From positions 124,001-162,955 of the forward strand of contig CAXUUL010000001.1 in assembly GCA_964255285.1 (NCBI GenBank): a stretch of DNA of 38,955 nucleotides, written 5' to 3'. Position numbers and translations under genes: made by a program. Shown piece after piece: positions 1 to 11,792 of the stretch. The notes under the pieces are model-generated. The model had not been told where the DNA came from. It was given only the letters and a program-made list of their open reading frames with translations, and did not search any database. This stretch comes from Ionaspis alba. Lineage: Eukaryota. Numbering within the stretch: position 1 is the first letter of the stretch; every line of letters starts with the position of its first letter.

Positions 1-3000
1 TGAGCAATCCAAAGACTACAGGAAATCTCAAGATTCAATTGCGCTCGAGATTCACCGTTGGTACTCGCTAGAAGGGACCGTCTTGAGACGTGGTCTTAGC
101 AAAAACATTGAACATCTGTTCGACGATACGGCGATAACAGAACTGAGAGCTGCAATTGACATTCTGAAGAACCGAAACGGAAAGCCATACAGTGCTGCAT
201 CCGTTCTCGATAGTGCAATTCATTTTCTTCCAGAGGCAACGCTGTTTCAAGAACGTACGAAGGGCATTCTCTTAGACTTTTGTCATAGAGATCTTCCACA
301 TCTACTTCTTTCTCCGTCATCTAGTTACATTGTAAGGTTCTTGAGTGGACTTTCAACATTCTCAGATACTCAGGAGATTTACGAAGACAGCGTCAAGATT
401 CTTGTTCAAGCGCCTAATTCCGACACGAAACATGAGGTTCTCCGAAATCTCATATCGTTGCCCTTGTTTGGCAAACCCTCGATCTCCACCAAACTCCTCA
501 ACGTCGTCCAAGAAAGTTTGCAGCACATCTTAGAAGGTCGTCAGGATGACTGGACGTTGGTGGAAGAGGCAATTGACAATCCGACTGCACCAGACGAACT
601 GAAGAACAACCTATTAGTCATGATGACCAAAAGCCTTTCGATTGAGCGCCAGGCAGAGGCTGGGCTTCGTGGCCTAGAGGTTGTACTGAAAAGAAACAGG
701 AGAACAATGCAGTCATTCAATGCCACCTCTAAGGGTGCGGATCTTCTGTCAAAGCTCTTGTTTCTAACCGAGTCATCGAATGGACGCGTTGAAAAGCATG
801 CGCTCAGCCTCTATACCGCTCTCCAGGCAATCTCCTCGCAAGATGATGTGAGCCAGACGAGGAAATCGTTGGTTAAGATTCTCAAGAGGGGTCTTGATAC
901 AGCAGACTCGACCTCTTTATCGTATGTAAAAGCTTCCATGCATCTCTTTGCGCAAATTTCTGATATTCCCTCTCACTAGCATATCCTCCCTTACACAGCA
1001 AGCTGAGCGTCTTGCGAATGATGCCACAGATGAGGAGCGAACTGACCTTGCAGTTGAGCTCTTCCCAGACTCCGGACGCTGGCGAAAGGCCATGGAACCT
1101 TTCTTGGCACAAGCCCCTACAACGACTCTAGCAATCACCAATCTCTTGGGAGGGGCGATTTACTTGGTCGACCAGCCGCAGCTAAATGTCGATACCACCT
1201 GGCTTACAATAGAACGGGATCTTGATGGCTTCTCCTCAGCACTTCGAATGGCATGGTTTGTCACCAAGCTAATTCGCTCCATCCCTTTATTTGAGGAACT
1301 TCCTGAAGACCTCCGTTCAGTGACCATCCGATTCCTCGCAATCTTTAGCCAACTTGCCAGTGATAATCTCAGCGTACCTCAAATGAATGGCCTTTGGATA
1401 TTCACGGAATCCGGCATTGAACCAGAAATGGTAGATCTCGTTGCAGATGTTCAGAAATTGATCGCATCATGGTTACACGACCCATCGGCAGTTACCGGGT
1501 TTGTCTTTTTAGCTCAACAAACACTGTTGGAGCAATCGACAGGTAGATCTCCGGCAGCTTATCATCATGCTCGAGCTTACGCTGCCATGTCTCTTGAGAT
1601 GAAGGAACTTCACAGTGTGACGCCCTCTAGTATTGACGAGGATCGGATCAAGAGAGTCAACAAAAGCCCAAATATTATAGCAGAGATTGCATTCTTGTTC
1701 GGCGTTCGAAACTCGAAGAACATAGTGGCGATTTGCAATAAGCTCATTGCAGATCTGACTGCTGTGAATTTCCCAGATCGTGAGGCAGAAGGTATGCCCA
1801 TCTCCCCTTTTGGTCGACATTGTTGCTGAACTGTTCAGGTTTTCGCTGCTTGCTGCTGTTAAATTGCATCCTTGAAAGTCAAAATGGTCTTCTAACACAT
1901 ATACCTCAGCAGCGGATTGTTCTCTACGTCAGGCACATCATTGCCCAGCTACTTTCATCTTCCTTAGCTCCCAGTCTCGTTGCCGAGGTCTATAAGACGT
2001 TGGCACCGATGCTACCTTTAATCAAACAAATATACGGATCTCTTTGGGGGGAGTGCGTTGACGTACTCGTTGCTCAATGGGCTCAAGCCAAATATAGGGA
2101 CGATATCCCCTATACACATTCAAGTTTGAGGCTTTACGCAGTCCTCCGATCGCTGGCTACCCATGATGCGAACGAGGATTTGCAAGAATCGTTGATAAAG
2201 GAGAAATCACAGCTGATCGACACCTTGTTAATGCTCCTACGAAATCAATCAAGTCAGTGAACTTTCTTATCTGTGCTCATGCATTCTACTAAACCTGCTC
2301 GCAGAAATGCCCGACGAAGCTCATCAGCCTCGTCTGATGGTGAACGAGCTACTTGCTAGGGAGATATCCTATCTGCAGATAGAATATGCTACGAATGCCG
2401 AGCATATTTACCCTATTGTCGCTTCCAATTCCATACCTCTGCAAAATTGTGCGTACGAGTTACTTCATAGGATTGTACCGAAAAGGCAGGAGCAAACATC
2501 TTTAGACGCAGCGTTATCAAAAGACTACCTTGCGAAGCTGCCAGAAGAGATACTTTCGCTCATAATTGCCGCGCCTGTCCCGAGGAGACTTGTCGGTGGA
2601 ACTCTTGATCATACATTTATGATGCCATTACGGGGCTACCTCTTAAGCTGGAAGTTGGTTTTCGATCATTGGACTAACACATCCTATAAAGTGCAAGGTG
2701 ACTATGCTGCAAGCCTAAAGGAGGGCATGTACTTGAAGAATTTACTTGACTTTGCCTTCGAATTTCTGATTCGTAGCATCGCTCGGCCAGTCGACGCGTC
2801 CAAATACAATGTTGAGTCCTATACTCAGGACGAAGAACGTTCTCGAGAGGAGGACCTCCAATGGTTGACGATCCACCTTTACTACCTCTCCCTCAAATAT
2901 CTCCCCAGTCTGTCCAGGAGATGGTGGCGAGATGACTGCTCTCGCGACTTGCAGAGACCAGTAGAAGCATGGACCGAGAAATATGTAGGACATCCAGCTA

Positions 3001-3567
3001 CAGTGACCTCTGCTATTTTCACGCCCATCACTAACAAACCTTCTCCAGATCTCTAACCTAGTTATTCGATCCGAGCTTGCCGCTGTTACTGCCTGGCTTC
3101 CAGCCCAAGACACCGACGACCAAGAAGTCCAAGTCAGAGTCTCGCCCCGCGCCCACGAATTGACAGCTTCCTATCCCATCGACGACCAAACAATGTCCAT
3201 TCGTGTCAGCCTTCCCCCAACTTATCCACTCTCGCCCGTTACTGTCGACTCTGTTCATCGTGTAGGAGTGGATGAGAAGAAGTGGCGCAGCTGGCTCATC
3301 ACGACTCAGGGCGTAATCAACTTCTCCTCCACCAGCGGCGCCCTCGTCGATGGTTTGGTGGCATGGCGGAAGAACGTCACCGGTGCGCTCAAGGGCCAGA
3401 GTGAGTGTGCGATTTGTTACAGTGTTGTTAGTGCGGACAAGCAATTGCCGAATAAGCGGTGCAATACATGTAAGAATCTGTTTCATGGAAGTTGCCTGTT
3501 CAGGTGGTTTCGGAGTAGCGGGAGCAGCAGCTGCCCGCTGTGTCGGAATGCTTTCAATTACGGCTGA
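1..3567 (+). CDS. LTN1: E3 ubiquitin ligase listerin (ribosome quality control), 5'-truncated at window edge
   Basis: Frame is open from position 2. Introns 922-979, 1792-1838, 2253-2304 and 2985-3048 (all GT..AG) join the ORFs in frame. Helical region with GYLLSWKLVFDHW and HLYYLSLKYLPSL, RWD-like LPPTYPL, then C-terminal RING ECAICY..CNTCKNLFHGSCLFRWF..SSSCPLCR. Stop TGA 3565-3567. Also called RKR1. Confidence 0.96.
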
Positions 3568-3938
3568 GCAGTATGCTGAACAGGCTTGTGGATTCGGAAA
3601 CCCCGACTGACGAGCATTTGGCGTCTGACGATACCGTGCATGGGTTGGATTACGATATTCTAGTCGTTGCTTGCATCGAGGTTCGAAACCTCAATGCAGT
3701 AAAATTACTCGGTCAACGAACTGGCTCCACGACTGGCGCTGCAACGTCAGGATCATGTACAGAGCTAGGATTTTAGTATGTACCACGAATGAAGGATTGA
3801 AATCGGACCTCAACTAGTACCGTTGCAAGCCCAATTTGAACTCTAGATGAGAAGTTCGGACTTTTTACTCATAATTCATGCGTAAATCTCAAGCGCCTTG
3901 CCGTGCCTCCAATCCAATCCAGCTGGAAATGCTCACAA

Positions 3939-6900
3939 TCAACTAATAGGTGACAAGATGTCGAAGGCTCCCGTCCCAACCTTTCCCACTTTGCCAATAA
4001 CGATCCTTGCGCTGGGACCCTCGAGGTCATCCCAGTCGCCATCAAGTACTGCGTCCCGCAGGTAATTTACCGTCGTCTCGAAACTCATCTTGGCGAAAGG
4101 ACTGACCGCACTTTTCATTCCTGTCCGACTGAAGGCACTGAAGCCTCCGCCACGAGTCATCATATCGGCGATAATATTTAAGTGACGGTTGTCGACGGAA
4201 ATACTGTGACCTTTAAAGACTGCATCCATTTCCCGAATGATGGTTGCTCGACAAGCCTCGACACCATAGAGCTTGAGCATTGCACCGATATCATTCGTAA
4301 AGATCATGTGCGGGTTGAGAACAGACTGGTAGTTATGCATGGCTTGGAGATTGACTCCCTCGGTTAGAACCACCGGGACAGATTTCATGTCCTTCGTAAC
4401 TGGATCTCGTGTCTTTTCTTCGCTGAGGACACATCCCCCAATTCCAGGAATGAATTGAATGACAGCCGAGCGACAAGCCGACTCCACGAGGTTGAGCATT
4501 AGAATCTTGGCTGTAGACATGTCATACTCGAGTTGCAATTCACACAACGCTCCGCTTTTGTCGTCAAAGTAGAAGCGAGTGATGTCCTGATTCCTTGCCA
4601 TAATTCTGTCCTCTCGATCTTTGGCTGTTTGTTTGGCCGCCCTCGTCTCTTCTACCTCACCGTTGTTATCACTATCATCAAGTTCCTCAACGTCATCACC
4701 GCGGTCTCCCTTCATGCTACCAGCATACCCTTCATGCTCCAATTCGTCATTCTGAAGATCCTCTATTCCGGCGGTGGCAGCGACCTCATCATCATCGGCG
4801 TCTTCATACGAGATTGCCCCTCTATTCTGCTTCTGCTTGTTTGACGTGGCCCTGTCCTCCTCTTCATCTTCGTCGTCTTGTCCTCCTTCCTGTTCAGCCT
4901 CCCGCTCATCCTCTCTCTTTCTTTCAAGTGCGGCAGCATTCTCCGCTGTCTCTTGCGTGTCGTCGTACGACCCGCCATGCTTCTGCTCTTCCAAAGTCTT
5001 CAATGACGTCCCAACTTCTGGCTGTGAGGAGCTGGTCTTGAGCATCTTGGCGTCACCTTTATTCTTGAGCTCTTTCCGGATTGCCTTGGTCAGTTGAGGA
5101 ATAAACTTGTGCTCAATCGTGCGTAGTATATCAGGGACTTCGATCGCATAGATTTCGCAGTATTCAACAGAAGGAAACAAATTAAGCTGAACATCATAAG
5201 TCTTGGCTGTGTGATGACCAACGCCTCTGCCAATTTTCTCACTAACACTCGCACTCTCGACCACCTCAGCCAAAGTGAGCTTTGTGATACCTTTGGCAAA
5301 TTTTCGACCGCCTTCCTCCGTGATCTCTGGATTGAGATGGAGCGTCATGGAAGGAGTAGATATGTGATCGCTGGCTGTCATGACGATTTCTCGGAGTCGT
5401 GGAATACCTAGTGTAACATTTTTCGCAGAATGACCTGCAAGATGGAAGGTATTGAGAGTCATCTGCGTGGATGGCTCCCCGATAGATTGCCCGGCAATGA
5501 TACCTACTGCCTCGCCGGGATCCACGACAGATTTCATGTATTTCATTTCCAATAGAGTCGCGAATGTCTTTTTGGCAAGTGGAGCGTCTGGAGTGGTTCT
5601 TTTGTCTCTCAACAGCTTCTCCGGATTGTTGTCGCTGTACTAGATGTTTCCGTCAATTGATAAGGGTATATCTGGGAAATCAAGACAACTCACGGTCTTC
5701 AATGCAGTTGCGAAACTCTCTGAGGTGCTGCCCATAGCACTACCAGGGTTATACATTGCGAGCACAGGGTCCATAGCATCAATCATTCTTGTCTTCCTGA
5801 CCTTTTTCATCGCAGCTTTGTGCCATGAACCCGCCTCGTCGTTGAATATCTTTTGGTACTCTGTTGACACGTTAAGTTGAGCCACAAGAGACAGGTAATT
5901 TTCGGCCAGGAATTTGAAGTCCGTTAGATGCCTCTGTTTTGTCACGTCTAGCCCATCTTCACCGTAGAGGAACTGCACCATACTGCCGTCTGCATCTCTG
6001 ACAGAAGTGTCGTATTCTACTTTCAAGCCTTCCATACCTTTGATCAAGCATCTCTGAAGATAGCCTGAGCGAGATGTTTTGACAGCAGTGTCGATCAGTC
6101 CCTCGCGACCAGCCATGGCATGGAAAAAGTATTCTTGAGGTTTCACTCCCGTCAAGAATCGGTCCGTAATGTATCCGCCTGCTCTAACCTTGGTCTCATA
6201 AGACTTGAAAGATGGCAAGGTCTTGCCGCTGATCATCACGGGAACTCTTCTCCCTTCCAAAACCTGTTGACCCAGGTTGCAAGAGATCAGGTTGGCGTTA
6301 ACCACGGATCCCTTGGCCCCTGACGAAGTCATGGTTTGCATTTGGTTCGATGGGAACTCTTTGCGTAGTCCGGCTGGAAGACAAGCCGAAGTGATATCCC
6401 CCGATAGTTTCGAAGTACCTGAATTATAAACATTGTCAAGCCCCGCATGCTTTTCCTCATCATGTAAAACGTCTTCTAACCTTGTGCGGAGCTCAGGGTC
6501 ATCACTACTCCGGTCGTTCTCCAAAATTACATACTTAGTCGCAATGTCGAGACCGATAGTCTCAGCTTCTTCGAGCTTTTTCCTCCGGGTCTCATTTCCT
6601 TCCCTTGTAAGCACAATATCTTCCATGCCGCAAGAGAACGCTCGCATGTGGAGCAGTTTGGTAAGCAGTCTCCCCATAACACTTAGCAGCTTCCCAGCCG
6701 TTGTAGGACCATAAGTTTCGTAAATCGCATGAACGAATCCGCCACCACTCGGTCCGAGATGCGCCTTATCGAGAATGCCGCAAAGCAGCTCGCCGGATTG
6801 GAAAACAACGGCTCCTTCTTCCGATTTTGCACCCCATCGAGCTCCGTCAGTCTGAGATTTGCCAAATAGCGTTAATCCAGGATGGCTTGTAGGCGTAATG

Positions 6901-9326
6901 TTTTTCAGCACTGTGGTGATGATCTGTTTGCCCGTCCACATCGGTCGTGGCTTAAGTATCGCAGGCGTGACAGACTCTACTCGATCCGTAGTGGTGTGAC
7001 TGTTCTCCGGTCGCAAGGAACTATAGAGGAGTTGCTGATACTCTCCTCGGTCAAACATTGTATCTCTATTTGTCAACCAAACGCCCATAGAAATATGATC
7101 CTGGATCAATCCACGAAGCGGTTTTCCCGATGTAGCTACAAGATATTGGTGGTCAGTATCGGCAATCTGTAAAGCTTCGGCCCTGGCAATTTCGTTCTGG
7201 GGAAAGTGCATGTTCATCTCGTCACCGTCGAAGTCCGCATTATAGGTATTACAGTTTGCGTAGTGCATGCGGATAGTCTTCTCCCCAGGAAGGATGCGAG
7301 CACGATGTCCCATGATTGACGGTTTATGCAAGGTGGGTTGACGATTCATGAGCACGATATCTCCGTTGTTGAGATGACGGTGAACTTTCTTGTTCTTGGC
7401 GCCTGTGACACTGGTACTCGATGGGGCCAAAAGCTGGTTTGCGAGAGCCTGTCGTTCCTCAAAGTTCTTCGTCTTTAGGCTGATTACCTGCCCGTTCTCA
7501 TTCTCAATCGCTGCCGCACCAGGCCATTTCTCCACGCCGTTAAGGACAGCTTCTTTAAGATCGTAGAAGTTATGGTTTGTTACAGGCTCTGGATAGGTTA
7601 ATTTCTTAGCAAAGACAGGGGGAACACCAATCTCGTTGGTTTCGATGTTGGGATCTGGTGAAATAACGCTTCTCGCAGCAAAGTTGACTCGTTTGCCCAT
7701 CATATTCTTCCGAAAAAGACCTTCTTTCTTTTCCAGCTTTTGCTTGATCCCCTCTTCAACCGGTTGGTTTCCCCTCATCTGTACCGGATTACGATCACTG
7801 TCGATCAAGGAATTGACTGCATCTTGGAGGCCCACCCAGGCATTCTGCAGATCATGGAAATCTCTCTGCCGCAACGATGAGCTTGGTTGAGCTCCGTTTA
7901 TTTCGTTACGTATTTGGTTTATAATCATACACTGCGTCAAAACTCTCTTATAGAGTGTGTTCTGCTGATCTTCAGCAACCTGGCCTTCTCCTGTCCTTGC
8001 CTCCGGGCGGTACCTGTTCGGCGGCACCAGAAGATCTCGAACAAAGAAAATGCCCGCACTTATGGGTTTGTCATCTCCTCTCAAAGCATGCGGATCGTAG
8101 ACCAGCTTCATGATCTCCTGTTCCCTCTCAAAAAGCTGTGAAAGGGCATCATGAACCTCATGGGCACTGACATATTCTTGTACCCGCTTCTCCTTGCTCT
8201 TCATTTGCTTGCCTTTCGCTGTGGCAGCAGCAGTATGAAGAATAGCTTTGCTGTCGATTGGTGGCCCTTCTTCCAACATTTGAAGGTCGTCCTCTTCGTC
8301 CTCAAGTGCAGAAATATCTTCCAAATCCGCCATATTCACCCCGGCTACAGCTCGATCCTTGCGCTCCTCTATCAAGATGGCCTGCTTCTGTCGTGGATGC
8401 GCGATTGAGGGGTTTCGCGCTTTCAATCCCTTCTGCACATTCTTTGCGTGATCTCGCTCACCCGGTAGCTTGCGGAAGATCTTGTTGTACTTGTCTTTGC
8501 GAAAAGATGCGGAGATACTGTTGATTTATCAGATAAGGCTCCGATCAAGAGGGCCATACGGACTCTCTTACAAGCCACAAGACTTGCAATCTTTTGGAAG
8601 TACGATATTGACGAGGAATTGTTTGACGATTGCCCGTCGCTCGTTTAATATAGCTTCTATCTTATAACCATCGCCTGTGGACGATGATTGTTGACGAGCT
8701 TTTCGAATTGCTCGCTTGACTAAGTTGTTCCGCAGTTCCATGACGTGATCGGGATCTGTGTCGTCGTCGCTACTCAGGCAGCCATCGACCTCCGCAGCTG
8801 TCGGATCTGTCTGAGACGAACTTGGCCCTTTAGCTTTGACTTTGATGTTCTCGAGCTCCTGGGCTTCCGCCAGCAGACCATGCTGTATTAGTTGCAGCTT
8901 GCAAACAAAAAAGTTGATGTCGAGCCGGCGGAGCTTCAAACGACTGCAATGTTCACATCTGGCTCGTAAAAGCCGTAGAAGCTGATCCATGAATGTGACA
9001 TGGTAAACGGGCACAGGCAGCTCGATATGACCGATATGACCAGAGCAAGAGTAAGTATTTAAATGGCAGGTCGAGCACCTAAGAAAATAGATCAGTGTTG
9101 TGAGACTAAGATGCAAGGGATAGGTAAAAAACTTGAGTGCCTACGGGTTGTCACCATAGGCGCCCAGCGCCAGATCATACAGGCCTCCTGGTGAAGGTTG
9201 AAGCAATGTATCGAATGTGTCTCCATTCTGTATTTTCTTCACTGAGAGTGTTTTGATGTCCTTCGACGTCAAGAAGCCAAAGTCTACGCTTCCTATGTAG
9301 GAGGCGACTGGCTGAGAGATGTTCAT
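3939..9326 (-). CDS. RPA190: DNA-directed RNA polymerase I largest subunit (about 1737 aa)
   Basis: Exons 9326-9145, 9078-8572, 8517-5694, 5639-3939 (5214 nt). Zn motif [48 protein letters not shown], catalytic [13 protein letters not shown], bridge helix [20 protein letters not shown], trigger loop [13 protein letters not shown]. Pol I-type acidic insertion present and no CTD heptads. Confidence 0.98.
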
Positions 9327-9615
9327 ACTGGCTTAGATATTCCATAGCATCAACTAACTCCTGACAGTAAGGCTGTTTGCATGGCAGCCACAGACTCTTT
9401 AGCAGGGTGGTAGTGAATATTGATGGCGGAATTATTTTTGATCTCTAGGCGGTCAGCCTGAACCTTGGCGTTTGACCTGACTCTCCAACATACATTCTAC
9501 CCAACTTCCGCCGCCTCTACAAAGCTCTATCTTCAACGAAGATGCACTGCTATCTGCTCCACGGCTGAAGATCGATGGTATAGATTACAGTGGTGGTCAT
9601 AGTCATTCAATTAAG
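9327..9615. promoter_or_regulatory. Short divergent (bidirectional) promoter region shared by RPA190 and PRP3
   Basis: Only 289 bp separate the two head-to-head ATGs (9326 on -, 9616 on +). Confidence 0.65.
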
Positions 9616-11406
9616 ATGGCCGAAGTTACTTTGAATGGTCTAAAGAGACGTCACCCAGAAGACGACATCCACAACGTAAAGAAGTCACGCTCCAATAATG
9701 GCTCACCAGCGCCTCAGGTCAACGGTAGCACCATGACGGGCCATCCGGATACCAGCCAGATTATGGCTGAGGCGAGAGCTAAAGCCGCAGCGATCGCTGC
9801 GAGACTACAAGGCCCGCGAGGGGGAGCCAACGGTGCTTCTCCGTCGCCATCGTCGTATTCGCCAACACCCGTACAAGCACCAGTATCTACAGCAAGTGGA
9901 AACGTTTTATCGAGAATAGAGCAAATGAAAGCGAGAGTTGCTGCCGCGACCAGGGCAAGCACAGGAGTTCTGCAACGTACTGCTTCTCCCATCATCTCGG
10001 GTTACCAGGTTCCCACGTTCGATGATGGCATGTCACGAGCGCGAGGCGGTCTTGATGTGGGTTTACATCCTGCCCTCATGGGTGAATCTGGTCAAGATTC
10101 TCGAGCTGCAAAAGGCCGTCAAGCAATGCAGCCCAAATTTGCAACCACCATGGCTAATCGACGCACCGAGTCTCCTCTACCAACTCCCAAACCTGCAAAG
10201 GGCAAGAAACAACTTGACTTATCTGGCCCGTCTGCAGAGGAGACACGCAGCAATCCTTACTTCGATCCTTCCCTAGGCGCCAAAACAGCCACACTCAAAG
10301 CTCGTATTCCCCGTCAACTAGTGTTCAATCAGAAAGGCAAATACATCCAGCAGGCAACAGCGCTTCGCCGCATAGCTGCGATTGAAGCAATGAAGAAGCG
10401 AATCGCCGAATCATCCCGCAAGGCTGGCTTAGAAGAAGACCTTGATACCGAGAAGGCCTTTCTCGTTCCCGTTCCCCCTGAAATTGAATGGTGGGATGAA
10501 GGGCTTGTTGCAGGTCCGGACTACTCCAAGATTGAATCTGACGATGGCCTCAAGATCGACACCCCCGATTCTATCGTCACCGTCTACATTCAACATCCCG
10601 TGGCTTTAGAACCACCGCAGGAGAAGAACATGCCTGCACCAAAGCCAATGTTTCTCACTCCCACGGAACAAGCCAAGATCCGCCGCCAGCGCCGCATGGC
10701 CGACCTCAAAGAACAGCAAGCGAAAGTTCGTCTCGGTCTCGAGCCTGCGCCGCCCCCAAAGGTGAAGAAATCCAACCTCATGCGAGTTCTTGGCGAGGAA
10801 GCCGTCAAAGATCCGACCGCCGTCGAAGCCCGTGTGAACCGTGAGATTGCCGAGCGCGCCCAGGCCCATCTTGACATGAACGAAGAACGCAAGCTCACCA
10901 AAGAGCAACGCCACGACAAGCTAGCCGAGAATCAAGCCGGAGATGCATCACGAGGCATCTATACGAGCGTCTACAAGATAGATTCGCTGGCTAATGGTAG
11001 GCACCGTTTCAAAATCTCCAAGAATGCGGAGCAGATGGCTCTCACAGGCATTTGCATCCTGCATCCGAAGTTCAATCTCGTGGTTGTGGAAGGCGGCCTT
11101 CATAGTATCAGGTTCTACAAGAAGCTGATGCTCAACCGGATCGATTGGACGGAAAACAGTGCGCCGAACAGTGTGCGGGAAGGCAATAAAGAAGCTCTCG
11201 CAAGCTGGCTGCAAGCTGAAGACGAGAAAGGCGAATTGAAAGATCTTGGATTGAATAAGTGTACATTAGTATGGGAAGGAGAGGAGAAGGCGAGAGCGTT
11301 TCGAAAATGGGGGAGTCGGGTGTGCGAGACCGATGCTGCGGCCAGGGAGGTGCTGGGAAGGGCGAAGATGGAGACCTTCTGGACATTGGCGAAGAGCCTG
11401 AAGTGA
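9616..11406 (+). CDS. PRP3: U4/U6 snRNP protein Prp3 (596 aa, intronless)
   Basis: Single ORF with NPYFDP, FNQKGKYI, PEIEWWD, YIQHPV, MFLTPTEQAKIRRQRR, LGLEPAPPPKVKKSNLMRVLG, DPTAVEARV, and C-terminal HRFKISKNAEQ..VVVEGG..YKKLMLNRIDW. Confidence 0.97.
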   Translation: MAEVTLNGLKRRHPEDDIHNVKKSRSNNGSPAPQVNGSTMTGHPDTSQIMAEARAKAAAIAARLQGPRGGANGASPSPSSYSPTPVQAPVSTASGNVLSRIEQMKARVAAATRASTGVLQRTASPIISGYQVPTFDDGMSRARGGLDVGLHPALMGESGQDSRAAKGRQAMQPKFATTMANRRTESPLPTPKPAKGKKQLDLSGPSAEETRSNPYFDPSLGAKTATLKARIPRQLVFNQKGKYIQQATALRRIAAIEAMKKRIAESSRKAGLEEDLDTEKAFLVPVPPEIEWWDEGLVAGPDYSKIESDDGLKIDTPDSIVTVYIQHPVALEPPQEKNMPAPKPMFLTPTEQAKIRRQRRMADLKEQQAKVRLGLEPAPPPKVKKSNLMRVLGEEAVKDPTAVEARVNREIAERAQAHLDMNEERKLTKEQRHDKLAENQAGDASRGIYTSVYKIDSLANGRHRFKISKNAEQMALTGICILHPKFNLVVVEGGLHSIRFYKKLMLNRIDWTENSAPNSVREGNKEALASWLQAEDEKGELKDLGLNKCTLVWEGEEKARAFRKWGSRVCETDAAAREVLGRAKMETFWTLAKSLK

Positions 11407-11792
11407 GGCTGCTGGTTGTTTGCGGGCGAAAGTGTACAGTGATTGTTCTATTTACAATGTATCATATCTTGACCCCATGTATACCAGATCATCAGGCAGT
11501 TGCCGCCACTATCAAGGCATGGAATGAAATGGCAGAGATGGCTTGAATCCTGGATCGAACCGCGATGATTGTGAAGTCGCATTGGTAAGGCATGAGTTAT
11601 TTTCTCGACTAGAGTAGTCTTGATCTCCACGTCAAGGGAGTATACATGACGAATCATACGACACGAACATCAACGCCACCTAAAAGTACAAGCTGGAGGT
11701 CTCGAACGACGATGACTATCCGACCCGAAGACATGCCATGAAAAGCCGACCAGTGTCTTGCAATACCGTCTCCTGATTCCCGTGCACCCCAA

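Noticed and set aside
83..3567. Apparent frameshifts or several separate genes in the LTN1 region, and likewise in RPA190, SYP1, ALG9 and the channel gene
   Set aside because: Every break is explained by a canonical short intron that restores the frame; these are not pseudogenes or recoding sites.
3600..3710. Possible tRNA gene around the TTCGAAA hairpin
   Set aside because: No 7-bp acceptor stem, D-arm or A-box could be built; kept only as an isolated B-box-like hairpin.
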